A program made the translations under genes and the position numbers. This document shows, piece by piece, positions 44,860 through 57,072 of a stretch of DNA of 64,000 nt. The number at the start of each line of letters is the position of its first letter. Within the stretch, counting starts at the first letter, position 1. The stretch comes from Candidatus Atelocyanobacterium thalassae (GTDB lineage Bacteria; Cyanobacteriota; Cyanobacteriia; Cyanobacteriales; Microcystaceae): assembly GCA_051971635.1 (NCBI GenBank), contig JBFPLN010000003.1, positions 32,001-96,000 of the forward strand. Reading direction: 5' to 3'. A model generated the notes under the pieces. It saw only the letters and a program-made list of their open reading frames with translations, did no database searches and had not been told where the DNA came from.

Positions 44860-46173
44860 ATGTTAAGAATGCGAACCCTTCAAGAGGGCTCAGTAGGCTT
44901 GTTTGTTATTTTAGGTTTAACTATTTTTGGAGGATTAATTCTTTGGCTACGAGGTGGTGTTTTAGGTCAAAGAACTTATCAATTTTTCGCCAATTTTAAA
45001 AATGTTAGTGGTTTACAAGTTGGTGCACCGATAAGGTATAGAGGAGTAACTGTTGGAAAGATCCTAGGTCTTCAACCTAACAGTAACGGAGTAAGAGTTA
45101 TTTTAGAGATTTCTTCTAACCAGTTAAGAATTCCAAAAGATTCTAATGTTCAAATTAATCGTTATGGACTAATTGGTGAAGCTTCAGTTGATATTACTCC
45201 ATCGCATAACTTGTCTGAGCAAGAACTAACTATTGATCCCGTTAGTGAGGAGTGTATAAAAGAAAGACAAATACTTTGTAATAATGATGAAGTTGTAGGT
45301 AAAACTGGATCTGAGTTAGTTGAAGCACTAACGCGTTTAAGTAATGCTTATAGCGATCCTAAATTTATTGGAGATGTTAACTCAGCAGTAAGGAATGTTT
45401 CAAAAGCAGGAGACAGAATTGCTGTTCTTAGCCAAGAAGTTACAAAACTATCAGAAGTTGCTCGTGGTCAAATTGATGGTGTAGGAGATGCCATTCGTAA
45501 TGCAGATAAAGCAGCTCAAGATGCTTCTGAATTGATAAAAAATGTTGACTCCGTCATAGTAGAAAATCGTACTAATGTTAGTCGGACAATGAAGGGAGCT
45601 GCCAATTTAACTAATAACTTAAATGATTTAGTAGAAGAAAATAGAGAAAGTATTGTTAATACATTAAATAGTATTGAACAAACTAGTGATCAAATACGTT
45701 TATTAGCTATTAATTTTGGAGTAACTGTAGATACCGTTAATCAAGGAATTCATGAAATTAATATGAAGCAATTTGCTAATAATCTTGAATCCTTAATGTC
45801 TAATGCCGCACAGACAGCAGAGAATTTACAAAATTTATCTAAGTCTTTAAGCGATCCTGAAGTTATAATCACTATTCAAAAAACTTTAGATTCTGCACGT
45901 GTTACTTTTGAAAATGCTCAAAAAATCACGTCTGATGTCGAAGAGTTAACAGGTGATCCAATCTTTAGAAATAATATTCGTAAACTTATAGATGGTTTAA
46001 GTGATTTAGTGGCTGATACTGAAAGTTTAGAGCAACAGATTTATGCTGCACAAATAATTGAATCAGTAACTAATGCAGTAGAATACAAGTTATTGTCGAA
46101 AAAAAAATTAAAGGAGTTTTCTCCTATTATTAATCCCTTAAATAATTCGATAGAAAATAATATTAAAACCTAA
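44860..46173 (+). CDS. mlaD: MCE/MlaD family protein (Ycf22/TGD2-like)
   Basis: N-terminal TM; GLQVGAPIRYRGVTVG MCE motif, GLIGE; long helical C-terminus. Confidence 0.9.
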   Translation: MLRMRTLQEGSVGLFVILGLTIFGGLILWLRGGVLGQRTYQFFANFKNVSGLQVGAPIRYRGVTVGKILGLQPNSNGVRVILEISSNQLRIPKDSNVQINRYGLIGEASVDITPSHNLSEQELTIDPVSEECIKERQILCNNDEVVGKTGSELVEALTRLSNAYSDPKFIGDVNSAVRNVSKAGDRIAVLSQEVTKLSEVARGQIDGVGDAIRNADKAAQDASELIKNVDSVIVENRTNVSRTMKGAANLTNNLNDLVEENRESIVNTLNSIEQTSDQIRLLAINFGVTVDTVNQGIHEINMKQFANNLESLMSNAAQTAENLQNLSKSLSDPEVIITIQKTLDSARVTFENAQKITSDVEELTGDPIFRNNIRKLIDGLSDLVADTESLEQQIYAAQIIESVTNAVEYKLLSKKKLKEFSPIINPLNNSIENNIKT

Positions 46174-46573
46174 CTATATTAGTAATGGAGAATCAAGCTT
46201 TTTCGTAAAAAAACAAGGTAGTTAATTATGATTTTAATATAAGATTAATTTTAAATATTTTTTGTATTGTAATAGCTAGATTATTAACATTAGGACATGT
46301 CATTAGACTTTTAAGCCTATTAGTTTTTTAAATACACTAAAATACGAACTTCTAACTTAATAAAAATAAGACTCTAAAGTACTAATTATTTGATTTTTAA
46401 TAATGATTTTTATTTACATAAAGTAACCTATAACGACTTATAGGCAATATATATTGGTTTTAATATTCAAAAATGGCATAAATGAAAAGTCAAGAAAAAC
46501 TTTAAGATGGTTAAAACATTGCAAAATGCAAAGTATAATACAATGCATATAAAATATTTAGAGAGAATAATAA

Positions 46574-47956
<1,383 letters not shown>

Positions 47957-48144
47957 GTTTTTAAAACTAGAGAAACATCTCTAGCATATTTGTTGTCATT
48001 AATAGTACTATTATCAATAGATTCTCTTCTCGTATAGATAAAACTATTCATTGGATGTAACAATGATAGATATATCTGGAAAGTTAAGAGTTTATTGGTT
48101 TTCTACTATCTTTATCGTTATAAAAATCATTCTGCTTGTGCTGA

Positions 48145-49077
48145 ATGCTACAAATCCCTAAAACTACTCAAAATCCAAAAGCCCTAAATTCTGTCGTAGA
48201 GGCTTACGAACGTTGTCGTCGAATTACTCAGAAATATTCTAAAACTTTTTATTTAGGAACATTATTAATGCCGCCTAAGAAAAGGTGTGCAATTTGGGCT
48301 CTCTATGTTTGGTGTCGACGTACTGATGAATTAGTTGATGGAGCTCAGTCTAATCTTACAACACCAGAAACCTTACAAAAATGGGAAAATAATTTAGAGC
48401 ATTTATTTGCAGGTTATCCTTTAGATGACGAAGATGTTGCTTTAGTTGATACATTGAGAAATTTTCCAATAGAAATTGCTCCCTTTAAAGATATGATAGC
48501 AGGCCAAAAGATGGATTTATATCGTAATCGCTATCAAACTTTTGAAGAACTTAAGCTTTACTGTTACCGTGTCGCAGGAACAGTAGGACTCATGTCTAAT
48601 GCAGTTCTAGGTATTGAAGAACACCCCTCCATTGTCCCTTGGGAATTAAAACCTGAGCAAAATATCCCCAAAGAAGAGGCAATTGCCTTAGGGATTGCGA
48701 ATCAATTAACCAATATACTTCGAGATATCGGAGAAGATGCTCAAAGAGGAAGGATTTATTTACCTTTAGAAGATTTAGAACGCTTTAAATATACTGAAGA
48801 AGATCTATTTAATGGAGTAATAGATGATCGCTGGAAGAACTTAATGAATTTTCAAATTCAAAGAGCTAGACAATACTATAAGGATGCTGAACGTGGAATT
48901 AGAACTTTATCTAGAGACTCTCGTTGGCCTGTATGGTCAGCTTTGATGCTTTATCAAGGTATCTTAGATATGATTGAAGCTAACGAATATGATGTATTTT
49001 CCAAACGTGCTTTTGTTCCAAATTTCAAAAAAATTATGTATTTGCCTATTTCTTGGTTAAGAGCTCAGGCACTCTAA
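48145..49077 (+). CDS. crtB: Phytoene synthase
   Basis: SKTFYLGT, WCRRTDELVD, YCYRVAGTVG, NQLTNILRD. Confidence 0.96.
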   Translation: MLQIPKTTQNPKALNSVVEAYERCRRITQKYSKTFYLGTLLMPPKKRCAIWALYVWCRRTDELVDGAQSNLTTPETLQKWENNLEHLFAGYPLDDEDVALVDTLRNFPIEIAPFKDMIAGQKMDLYRNRYQTFEELKLYCYRVAGTVGLMSNAVLGIEEHPSIVPWELKPEQNIPKEEAIALGIANQLTNILRDIGEDAQRGRIYLPLEDLERFKYTEEDLFNGVIDDRWKNLMNFQIQRARQYYKDAERGIRTLSRDSRWPVWSALMLYQGILDMIEANEYDVFSKRAFVPNFKKIMYLPISWLRAQAL

Positions 49078-49128
49078 GTTTTTCTTTTAGAACTAGACTC
49101 TTAATCATGTAAGAAAACTTTTATGTTC

Positions 49129-49178
49129 ATATTTATAATGCCGATGCTTTAAGAATAAAGTATCGGCATTATAAATAT
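49129..49178 (+). terminator. 23-bp hairpin (one G:U) downstream of crtB
   Basis: atatttataatgccgatgcttta-agaa-taaagtatcggcattataaatat. Confidence 0.75.
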
Positions 49179-49318
49179 AAAGTTAGCTAATACTTGATTT
49201 GTCTCATAAGATTTTATAACCATTAAACTACTATTATTCTTTTCCTATTTATTTAATTAATGAGTAGAGGAAAATATATTAACATTAGAATAATGGATCT
49301 AAGAAAAGAGGATTATTC

Positions 49319-49528
49319 ATGCGATATGCTGTAGTTATCGAAAAAGGGAAATATTATTATGGAGCCTACGTTCCTGATTTGCCAGAATGCTCTGCAGTTG
49401 GAAAAACTGTAGAAGAGACAAGAGAGCTTATATATAATTCGATTTCTAACCATTTAGGTGGACTGGAAAAAGAAGGTAACTCTTTTCCTAGTCCTAAAAC
49501 AATATGTGAATATGTAGAAGTCAACTAA
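49319..49528 (+). CDS. hicB: HicB-like antitoxin domain protein (UPF0150), no adjacent toxin
   Basis: YAVVIEK..YGAYVPDLP.C.AVGKTVEE..H.....EG..P.P; AGAGGA RBS. Confidence 0.85.
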   Translation: MRYAVVIEKGKYYYGAYVPDLPECSAVGKTVEETRELIYNSISNHLGGLEKEGNSFPSPKTICEYVEVN

Positions 49529-49728
49529 CTGTAAACCTTATAGGAGTAATCATTCTGTTACGATCTAATTACTTTGGATTACTCCAAACTTTTTTTGCAA
49601 AAGAATAACATATTTGATTAATAAGAAAGTACTTTTTATAAACTTAGGATAATTATGGGAATAACATGATTTATGATCAACAGGTGATTATAATAAATAA
49701 GAAATAATTTAAAATTAACGCAAATTAA

Positions 49729-50820
49729 ATGCTAAAAGCTGGAATAGTTGGACTCCCTAATGTCGGTAAATCGACACTATTTAATGCTTTAGTCGCTAAT
49801 GCTAAAGCAGATGCAGCGAACTTTCCTTTCTGTACGATTGAACCTAATGTAGGTTTAGTATCTGTTCCCGATGAGAGATTAGAAGTTTTAGCTCAACTTT
49901 CTAAATCAGAGAAGATTCTACCTACTCGTATTGAATTTGTAGATATTGCTGGATTAGTTAAAGGCGCTGCGCAAGGAGAAGGCCTCGGAAACCAATTTTT
50001 AGCCAATATTCGTGAGGTAGATGCCATAGTCCATGTTGTGCGTTGTTTTGATAATGATGATATCATTCATGTATCAGGTTCTGTAAATCCAACTAGAGAT
50101 ATTGAGACAATAAATTTAGAGTTAGGCTTAGCTGATCTTTCTCAAATTGAAAAACGTCTAAGTAGATTAAAAAAACAGAAAAGTAGCCAAAAAGAAGAGC
50201 AAGAAGAAATCTCCATCTTAGAGAAAATTATTACTCAGCTTAATCAAGGTATACCAGCTCGTAATTTAGAACTAACAGAAGAAGAAAAAATATTAGTTAA
50301 ACCTCTGGGATTACTTACCCTTAAGCCAGTCATCTATGCTACCAATGTATCTGAAGATGACTTAAGTTCAGAAAATAGTTGGGTCGGAGAAGTAAGAGAA
50401 ATTGCTTCTACTGATCAGGCAAAAGTCGTTGTAGTCTCTGCTCAAGTTGAGTCAGAATTGGTAGAAATCCCAGACGAAGAAAAGCTAGAGTTCCTGAATG
50501 CTTTAGGAGTAGATGAAGGTGGCCTAAAACTTTTAATTAGAGCAGTTTATGATTTACTTGGGTTGAGAACGTACTTAACTACTGGGCCTAAAGAAACTCG
50601 TGCTTGGACTATCTACGCAGGCATGAAAGCACCTCAAGCTGCTGGCGTAATTCACTCAGACTTTGAGAGAGGATTTATTCGCGCCGAAACTATCTCTTAC
50701 AAAGATTTAGTATCTTGTAAAACTATTTCCTCAGCAAAAGAAAAGGGATTAGTCAGAAGTGAAGGTAAAGACTATATCGTTCAAGAAGGAGATGTTATAT
50801 TGTTTAGATTCAATGTTTAA
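49729..50820 (+). CDS. ychF: Redox-regulated ATPase YchF
   Basis: [46 protein letters not shown]. Confidence 0.97.
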   Translation: MLKAGIVGLPNVGKSTLFNALVANAKADAANFPFCTIEPNVGLVSVPDERLEVLAQLSKSEKILPTRIEFVDIAGLVKGAAQGEGLGNQFLANIREVDAIVHVVRCFDNDDIIHVSGSVNPTRDIETINLELGLADLSQIEKRLSRLKKQKSSQKEEQEEISILEKIITQLNQGIPARNLELTEEEKILVKPLGLLTLKPVIYATNVSEDDLSSENSWVGEVREIASTDQAKVVVVSAQVESELVEIPDEEKLEFLNALGVDEGGLKLLIRAVYDLLGLRTYLTTGPKETRAWTIYAGMKAPQAAGVIHSDFERGFIRAETISYKDLVSCKTISSAKEKGLVRSEGKDYIVQEGDVILFRFNV

Positions 50821-51115
50821 TAATATATTACTGTTAGTTAACTATTTATTTTTAGTCAATTAGATTTAATTAATATATTAGAAACGATAGATAGTTATTT
50901 AATAGTATTAGTTATATTATCCTGTTTATAAAATTAAACAATGAGTATTATTTCCAAAACTTTCTATCAGTTCTTACTTATCTGTATGACTATATTTTGA
51001 GTTACTTACTATTTATATGTTGAAATGCGGACTTCATATTTTTCTTCTTTATACTGAAGAAGATGCACAAAAGAGTTAAAATACTTTAAGTAATTACAAT
51101 AAGGAGTATTTAAAG

Positions 51116-51220
51116 ATGATGTCAGGAACTGTTATTGCTGGATTTGGCGGATATATTATTTCTTACACCATGATTGCTCTTGGATTATATTTTGGATTAC
51201 GTAGTGCTAAAATAATCTAA
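51116..51220 (+). CDS. petL: Cytochrome b6f subunit VI (34 aa)
   Basis: Not in ORF track. MMSGTVIAGFGGYIISYTMIALGLYFGLRSAKII: single TM with PetL-type GLYFGLRxxKII end; AAGGAG RBS at 51101; hairpin directly after. Confidence 0.85.
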   Translation: MMSGTVIAGFGGYIISYTMIALGLYFGLRSAKII

Positions 51221-51256
51221 GCAGAATATCGGCATCGATTGCCGATATTCTGCTTA
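51218..51256 (+). terminator. 17-bp perfect hairpin beginning at the petL stop codon
   Basis: taagcagaatatcggca-tcgat-tgccgatattctgctta. Confidence 0.8.
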
Positions 51257-51514
51257 AATTATCTTATTTTAAAGTAAAAATTTAGTATTAAGATATTTAT
51301 TAAGCTTTTGAGATAATCAGTTCTAGTAAGAATAAGTTTAGCAATTTAAGGCGTATAGTGAAGTACATAGAATATTCGTTTTATATGTAATATAATTACA
51401 GTATTTTGGTTTTGCGTTTTTATCTAATTTGATTATTTAAATGATTTTTAACTTTTTATTTAGAATTACCCAGTGCTTCTGTTAAAATTTTGATGGCTTC
51501 TATCATTTTGACTA

Positions 51515-52540
51515 ATGGCAGGAAATCGAGCAAGAATAGCAGTGGACGCTATGGGAGGAGATCATGCTCCTATAGAAATCATAAAAGGGGCTATCCGAGC
51601 CTCAAAGGAATTGGATGTCGATATTTTGTTGGTAGGTGATCGTCAGCAAATTCAAGCGTCTTCTCAAGATAGTAGTAAGTTTTCTAATATTGAAATAGTA
51701 GATGCAGATGAAATAATCGCTATGCACGAAGGAATCAATGAACTTCGCCGCAAGCCTAAAGCTTCAATTAATGTTGCTATGGACTTAGTCAAAAAAGATC
51801 GTGCCGATGCAGTAATATCTGCTGGACATTCTGGAGCGGCTATGGGAGCTGCCACTCTTAAACTAGGTCGTCTTAAAGGCATTGATCGTCCAGCAATTGG
51901 AGCTGTTTTCCCAACTCTCATGGTGAATAAGTCGGTTATTGTTCTAGATGTAGGAGCTAATGTAGATTGTCGTCCTAAATACTTAGAGCAATTTGCTTTA
52001 ATGGGGACAATTTATAGTAAATATGTAATGGGAGTCAATGATCCAAAAGTAGGATTACTCAATATTGGAGAAGAACCAAATAAAGGGAATGATCTTGCTT
52101 TAACGACTTATAAGTTATTGGAAAATAATAAAACTATTCCTTTTGTTGGTAATGCTGAAGGCCGAGATGTGTTGTCAGGAAAGTTTGATGTTATTGTTTG
52201 TGATGGTTTTGTAGGTAATGTTCTACTAAAATTTGCCGAAGCAGTAGGCGATATAGTATTACAAATCATACGTGAAGAGTTACCTCAAGGTTGGAAAGGT
52301 TTGTTAGGAACAGCTATATTGAAACCTAATCTAAAAAAACTTAAGCAAAGAATAGATCATGCTGAGCATGGTGGTGGTTTATTGTTAGGAGTAGCTGGTA
52401 TTTGTATTATTAGTCATGGTAGTTCTCAAGCTCCATCAATTTTTAATGCAATTCGTCTAGCTAAAGAGGCTGTTGATCATAAAGTATTAGAACAAATTAA
52501 CTCTTATGGAGACAAGTTAATGTCAGAAAAATCTAATTAA
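51515..52540 (+). CDS. plsX: Phosphate acyltransferase
   Basis: IAVDAMGGDHAP, IDRPAI, LLNIGEE..KG, DGFVGNVLLK, SHGSS. Confidence 0.97.
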   Translation: MAGNRARIAVDAMGGDHAPIEIIKGAIRASKELDVDILLVGDRQQIQASSQDSSKFSNIEIVDADEIIAMHEGINELRRKPKASINVAMDLVKKDRADAVISAGHSGAAMGAATLKLGRLKGIDRPAIGAVFPTLMVNKSVIVLDVGANVDCRPKYLEQFALMGTIYSKYVMGVNDPKVGLLNIGEEPNKGNDLALTTYKLLENNKTIPFVGNAEGRDVLSGKFDVIVCDGFVGNVLLKFAEAVGDIVLQIIREELPQGWKGLLGTAILKPNLKKLKQRIDHAEHGGGLLLGVAGICIISHGSSQAPSIFNAIRLAKEAVDHKVLEQINSYGDKLMSEKSN

Positions 52541-52739
52541 CAAATTGAGTAATAGCAAAAGTAAAGAGCTTAAATGTCATTTATTTTAATTTGTTACCTG
52601 TTGCCTTTCTTTTTTCATATCTTTAATTTTGAGAGAGAAAGCTAAAAACATAAGTAAAAATAAGAAAAAAAATTCAGAATTTTAATTCTAAATCCTCTTT
52701 TACTCAAATATGCTAAAAAATTATCAGGAGGAATAATTA

Positions 52740-53747
52740 TTGAAGGAGTTAGATATTGGTATGGCCATTACTGGCTGTGGTTCAGCTACACCAAAGCAAG
52801 TAATGACAAATAATGATTTAAGTTATTTAGTAGATACGTCTGATGAATGGATTTATACTAGAACAGGTATCAAAGAAAGACGTTTGGCAACTAATAACTT
52901 GTCCTTAAGCGAACTTTCGGCTGAAGCTGCAGTCAAAGGAATTGCTATGGCAGGACTTTCTCCTTCTGATATTGATTTAATTATTCTAGCAACCTCTACA
53001 GCTGATGATTTATTCGGTAGTGCATCTAAAATCCAAAGTATTTTAAAAGCCGATAATGCAGTAGCTTTTGATTTAACAGCAGCTTGCTCAGGTTTCGTAT
53101 TTGGATTAATTACAGCTGCCCAATTTATTTATTCAGGAGTTTACCAAAAGGTCCTGGTAATTGGCGGTGATATGCTTTCTCGCTGGGTAAACTGGTCTGA
53201 TCGCAGTACTTGTGTACTTTTTGGAGACGGAGCTGGAGCAGTAGTATGCCAGAGAGCTTTGAAAGATAACTACTTACTAGGTTTTGCCATGTACAGTGAT
53301 GGGACACAAAATCAATCTCTTAATTTAAGATATAATTTTCAGGCTAAATCTCTTAAAAATGGGACAGTTATTAATCAAGGAAGCTATCAGTTTATTACGA
53401 TGCAAGGAAAAGAAATTTATCGCTTTGCTATTGAAAAAGTTCCAGAAGTCATTGAAAAAGCTCTTTCTAAAGCACAATTAACAACTAATGATATTGATTG
53501 GCTTATTCTACATCAAGCAAACCAGAGAATTATAGATGCAGTCGCTAAAAAACTTAAAATTCCACCAGAAAAGGTAATTTCAAATGTAAGTAGATATGGC
53601 AATACATCAGCTGCATCTATTCCCCTAGCTTTAGATGAAGCTGTAAGATCTGGAAAAATAAAGTTAGGTGATGTTATTGCTAGTTCAGGTTTCGGCGCCG
53701 GCTTAACTTGGGGGGCAGTTATTTTTAGATGGAGTATTGAAGTTTAA
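52740..53747 (+). CDS. fabH: Beta-ketoacyl-ACP synthase III (TTG start)
   Basis: AACSGF, LFGDGAGA, HQAN, GNTSAASIP, GFGAGLTWG. Confidence 0.97.
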   Translation: MKELDIGMAITGCGSATPKQVMTNNDLSYLVDTSDEWIYTRTGIKERRLATNNLSLSELSAEAAVKGIAMAGLSPSDIDLIILATSTADDLFGSASKIQSILKADNAVAFDLTAACSGFVFGLITAAQFIYSGVYQKVLVIGGDMLSRWVNWSDRSTCVLFGDGAGAVVCQRALKDNYLLGFAMYSDGTQNQSLNLRYNFQAKSLKNGTVINQGSYQFITMQGKEIYRFAIEKVPEVIEKALSKAQLTTNDIDWLILHQANQRIIDAVAKKLKIPPEKVISNVSRYGNTSAASIPLALDEAVRSGKIKLGDVIASSGFGAGLTWGAVIFRWSIEV

Positions 53748-53775
53748 TCTTTTTACTAAACATTTTTAGAGAAAC

Positions 53776-54654
53776 ATGATAACAAAAACAGCATGGGTAT
53801 TTCCAGGACAGGGATCACAAATAGTTGGCATGGGAAAAGACCTAGCAACAACTTGTTTAGGTAAAGAATATTTTAAAAAAGCGCAAGATATTTTAGGGTG
53901 GTCTGTACTCGAAATATGTCAAGGAGATGCAACAGTTTTATCTAGGACTTTATATACTCAGCCCTGCCTTTACGTAATCCAATGTATTCTTATTAATTTG
54001 TTAAAAGAGAATCAACCAAATCCTAATTTCTTGGCCGGTCATAGTTTAGGAGAGTATGCAGCTCTATATGCTGCAGAAGTTTTCGACTTTGCTACAGGAT
54101 TACAATTAATTAAAAACCGTGCAGAATTGATGGATAAAGTTATTGGGGGGAAAATGGTTGCTTTAATAAAATTTGATCGATTATCTCTGAACAAGACAAT
54201 TGCATCTATTCCTGATGTAGTCTTAGCCAATGACAATAGTGAACAGCAAGTAGTTATTTCAGGTACTCCCCAGGCAGTGGACAAAGTTTCTCATAGTATT
54301 AAGGCCAAAAGAACAATTGAGCTTAAAGTTTCTGGAGCATTTCACTCTCATTTAATGAAAGAGGCATCGGAACAATTTTACATATTATTGGAAAGTATTG
54401 ATTTCAAAGAAGCAAAAATTCCTGTTTTTTCAAATGTTGAAGCATTTCCAAGAGCTTCTAAAATTATTTTAAAGGAAAATTTACAAAAACAAATGACTGG
54501 TTCGGTCCGTTGGCGTGAAACTATGGCATCTATGATAGAAAATAAAGTGACCAAAGTAGTAGAAATTGGACCAGGAAAAGTTTTATCTAATTTATTTAAA
54601 AAAGAATATACTGAAATCAATATAAAAAATATTAGATCCTTATCTGATTTTTAA
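53776..54654 (+). CDS. fabD: Malonyl-CoA:ACP transacylase
   Basis: FPGQGSQ, GHSLGEY, VSGAFHS, EIGPGKVL. Confidence 0.96.
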   Translation: MITKTAWVFPGQGSQIVGMGKDLATTCLGKEYFKKAQDILGWSVLEICQGDATVLSRTLYTQPCLYVIQCILINLLKENQPNPNFLAGHSLGEYAALYAAEVFDFATGLQLIKNRAELMDKVIGGKMVALIKFDRLSLNKTIASIPDVVLANDNSEQQVVISGTPQAVDKVSHSIKAKRTIELKVSGAFHSHLMKEASEQFYILLESIDFKEAKIPVFSNVEAFPRASKIILKENLQKQMTGSVRWRETMASMIENKVTKVVEIGPGKVLSNLFKKEYTEINIKNIRSLSDF

Positions 54655-54782
54655 AAATGATATAAAAATATAGTACGATTTACTGCTATTTGATGATTTT
54701 AAAATGGAAATTTACTATATTACAGTCGCATATTCCTTTAACCTTTAATGAAAAATTGATTAAAAAGTTTATATCCTTAAAA

Positions 54783-55880
54783 TTAAGAATGACTACGATA
54801 TCTATAATAAGCAGCGCAAGTTCCTTCTGAAGATACCATAGGTGCACCTAAGGGACTTTCCGGAGTACATGTGCTTCCAAATGCAGGACAGTCATGAGGC
54901 TTTTTTTGTCCTTGCATAATATCACCGCTAATACACACTTGTGGGTGTATTGATTGAATAGGTTTGTCCTTAAGAACTTCAAAACGATTTAAGGCATCAT
55001 AAAATTGATATTCGGGTCTTAAAGATAACCCACTTTCTGGAATTTCACCAATACCTCTCCAGCAACGAGATACTGTTGTAAAAATTTCTTGAATTAATTG
55101 TTTTGCTAATGTATTTCCTTCAACTTTGACAGAACGAATATATTGATTTTTACATTTAAATTTACCAGATTCCAGCTGTAAGATACATTGGTAAATTCCC
55201 TTCAATATATCTAAAGGTTCAAATCCTGTTACGATAATGGGAATTTCATATTTATTAGAAATAGTTTGATATTCTTCATATCCTGTTATCGTACAAACAT
55301 GACCAGCAGCCAAAAAACCTTGTACCATGCAATTAGAAGATGATAAAAGCATTTTCATGGCTGGAGGTACTAAAACATGAGACACTAATAAAGAGAAATT
55401 TTTAATATTTTTGTACTTTGCTTGATATACAGCCATTGCTGTTGCAGGAGCTGTTGTTTCAAAGCCGACAGCAAAAAAAACAATCTGCTTATCAGGATTT
55501 TCTTGAGCAATTTTTAAGCTATCTAGAGGAGAATAGACGATACGTACATCTCCTCCAGAAGCTTTTACCATAAGTAAATCTTTTTTTGTTCCTGGAACTC
55601 TTAGCATATCTCCAAAAGAACAAAAAATAACATTAGGTAAATTAGCAATAATCAAGGCGTAATCAATCAATTCTATAGAAGTTACACAAACAGGACAACC
55701 CGGTCCATGTATCAAAGTTATTTCAGGAGGTAGTAATTGATCAATTCCGTATCTAAAAATGGAGTGTGTTTGTCCACCACAAATCTCCATAATTGTCCAA
55801 GGCTTGCTAACATTTTTTGCAATGTTTTCGGTAATTTTTTTAACTAACTTAGAATCACGGTATTCATCAACAAATCTCAT
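54783..55880 (-). CDS. hypD: Hydrogenase maturation protein HypD
   Basis: [44 protein letters not shown]. Confidence 0.96.
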   Translation of the reverse strand: MRFVDEYRDSKLVKKITENIAKNVSKPWTIMEICGGQTHSIFRYGIDQLLPPEITLIHGPGCPVCVTSIELIDYALIIANLPNVIFCSFGDMLRVPGTKKDLLMVKASGGDVRIVYSPLDSLKIAQENPDKQIVFFAVGFETTAPATAMAVYQAKYKNIKNFSLLVSHVLVPPAMKMLLSSSNCMVQGFLAAGHVCTITGYEEYQTISNKYEIPIIVTGFEPLDILKGIYQCILQLESGKFKCKNQYIRSVKVEGNTLAKQLIQEIFTTVSRCWRGIGEIPESGLSLRPEYQFYDALNRFEVLKDKPIQSIHPQVCISGDIMQGQKKPHDCPAFGSTCTPESPLGAPMVSSEGTCAAYYRYRSHS

Positions 55881-56185
55881 AGTTATCTTTTAAAATATAA
55901 TTTCTCTAAACAGGCTCTAAATATTAAGATTATCGGTCTGATAATATATGTTGAACTTACTATATACAAGAAAATTAATTGTTTCTTAATTGTTCTATTT
56001 ATTGATTGAAGCTTTTATCCAAAAAATTAGCTATATAAAAGTAACGACATACCTATAGTACTGCGATAAAGTTAATTAGGTATTTGTTTAATGCAAATAC
56101 TAACTTGATATTACATAGTTATAATTGTTATTATAAAATCTCCAGAGAAAACTTAAGTTAATTTTTAAATCACAGGTTTTTACTT

Positions 56186-56629
56186 ATGCCATCTCCAGTA
56201 AGCTCTTTACCATCCAATTTAGCCAGCATTGTTGAAAAATTTAAGAGGCGTTCTGACCCAAAAAAAAGTTATGAACAATTACTATGGTATGCCAAAAAGC
56301 TATCAAAGATGCCAGAAACTGCTAAAACAGAAGCAAATCAAGTTAAAGGATGTGTTTCAAAAGTATATATTAGCGCAGATTTGAAAGATGGCAAAATTTG
56401 GTATCAAGGAGATTCAGATGCTCAATTGGTTAAGGGATTAGTTGCTTTATTAATCGAAGGTTTAAATGGATCAACCCCTCAAGAAATTTTAGATATAAAT
56501 CCTAATTTTATTGAAGAAACAGGACTAAAAGTTAGCTTAACACCATCTAGATCTAATGGATTCTATAATACTTTGCAACTCATGAAGACAAAAGCATTAG
56601 CTTTTCAGCTAGGAACATCAATTTCATGA
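56186..56629 (+). CDS. sufE: SufE family Fe-S cluster sulfur acceptor
   Basis: VKGCVSKVY, GDSDAQLVKGL, LTPSRSNGF. Confidence 0.93.
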   Translation: MPSPVSSLPSNLASIVEKFKRRSDPKKSYEQLLWYAKKLSKMPETAKTEANQVKGCVSKVYISADLKDGKIWYQGDSDAQLVKGLVALLIEGLNGSTPQEILDINPNFIEETGLKVSLTPSRSNGFYNTLQLMKTKALAFQLGTSIS

Positions 56630-56733
56630 ATTTATCCAAAGATAGTTTGAATAGGAAAATAATCTATAAAAAACTAATTAATTTGCAAGAATATTGATGA
56701 TCATTAGTGAATAGTTTATAAAATAAAATTTTA

Positions 56734-56776
56734 TATTAACCTTAAGAATAATTAGAAATTATTCTTAAGGTTAATA
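56734..56776. terminator. 20-bp perfect hairpin between convergent sufE and dacB
   Basis: tattaaccttaagaataatt-aga-aattattcttaaggttaata. Confidence 0.75.
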
Positions 56777-57072
56777 ATTTTTTTGTATTAAATATAATCT
56801 ATATTGTTATTACCTTTTAAATAGAGATGACTTAGTTTTATAGTTCTGACTTTTTTTTAACTAACCTTATTCTTTACAAAATTTTTATGTAAAGTATCAA
56901 GAGAATTACATTCTTAAAACAATAAATATATTTCTCTCGACTATTTTATAGTTTTAGAATTCTTTCAGCTATAAATTGTAAGTATACTTATTTTCAGCTA
57001 ATCACTAATTTTTATGATTAAATTTAACTTATGTAAAGTTATTAAAGTAGGGGAAATTAGTTATGATTCAAT

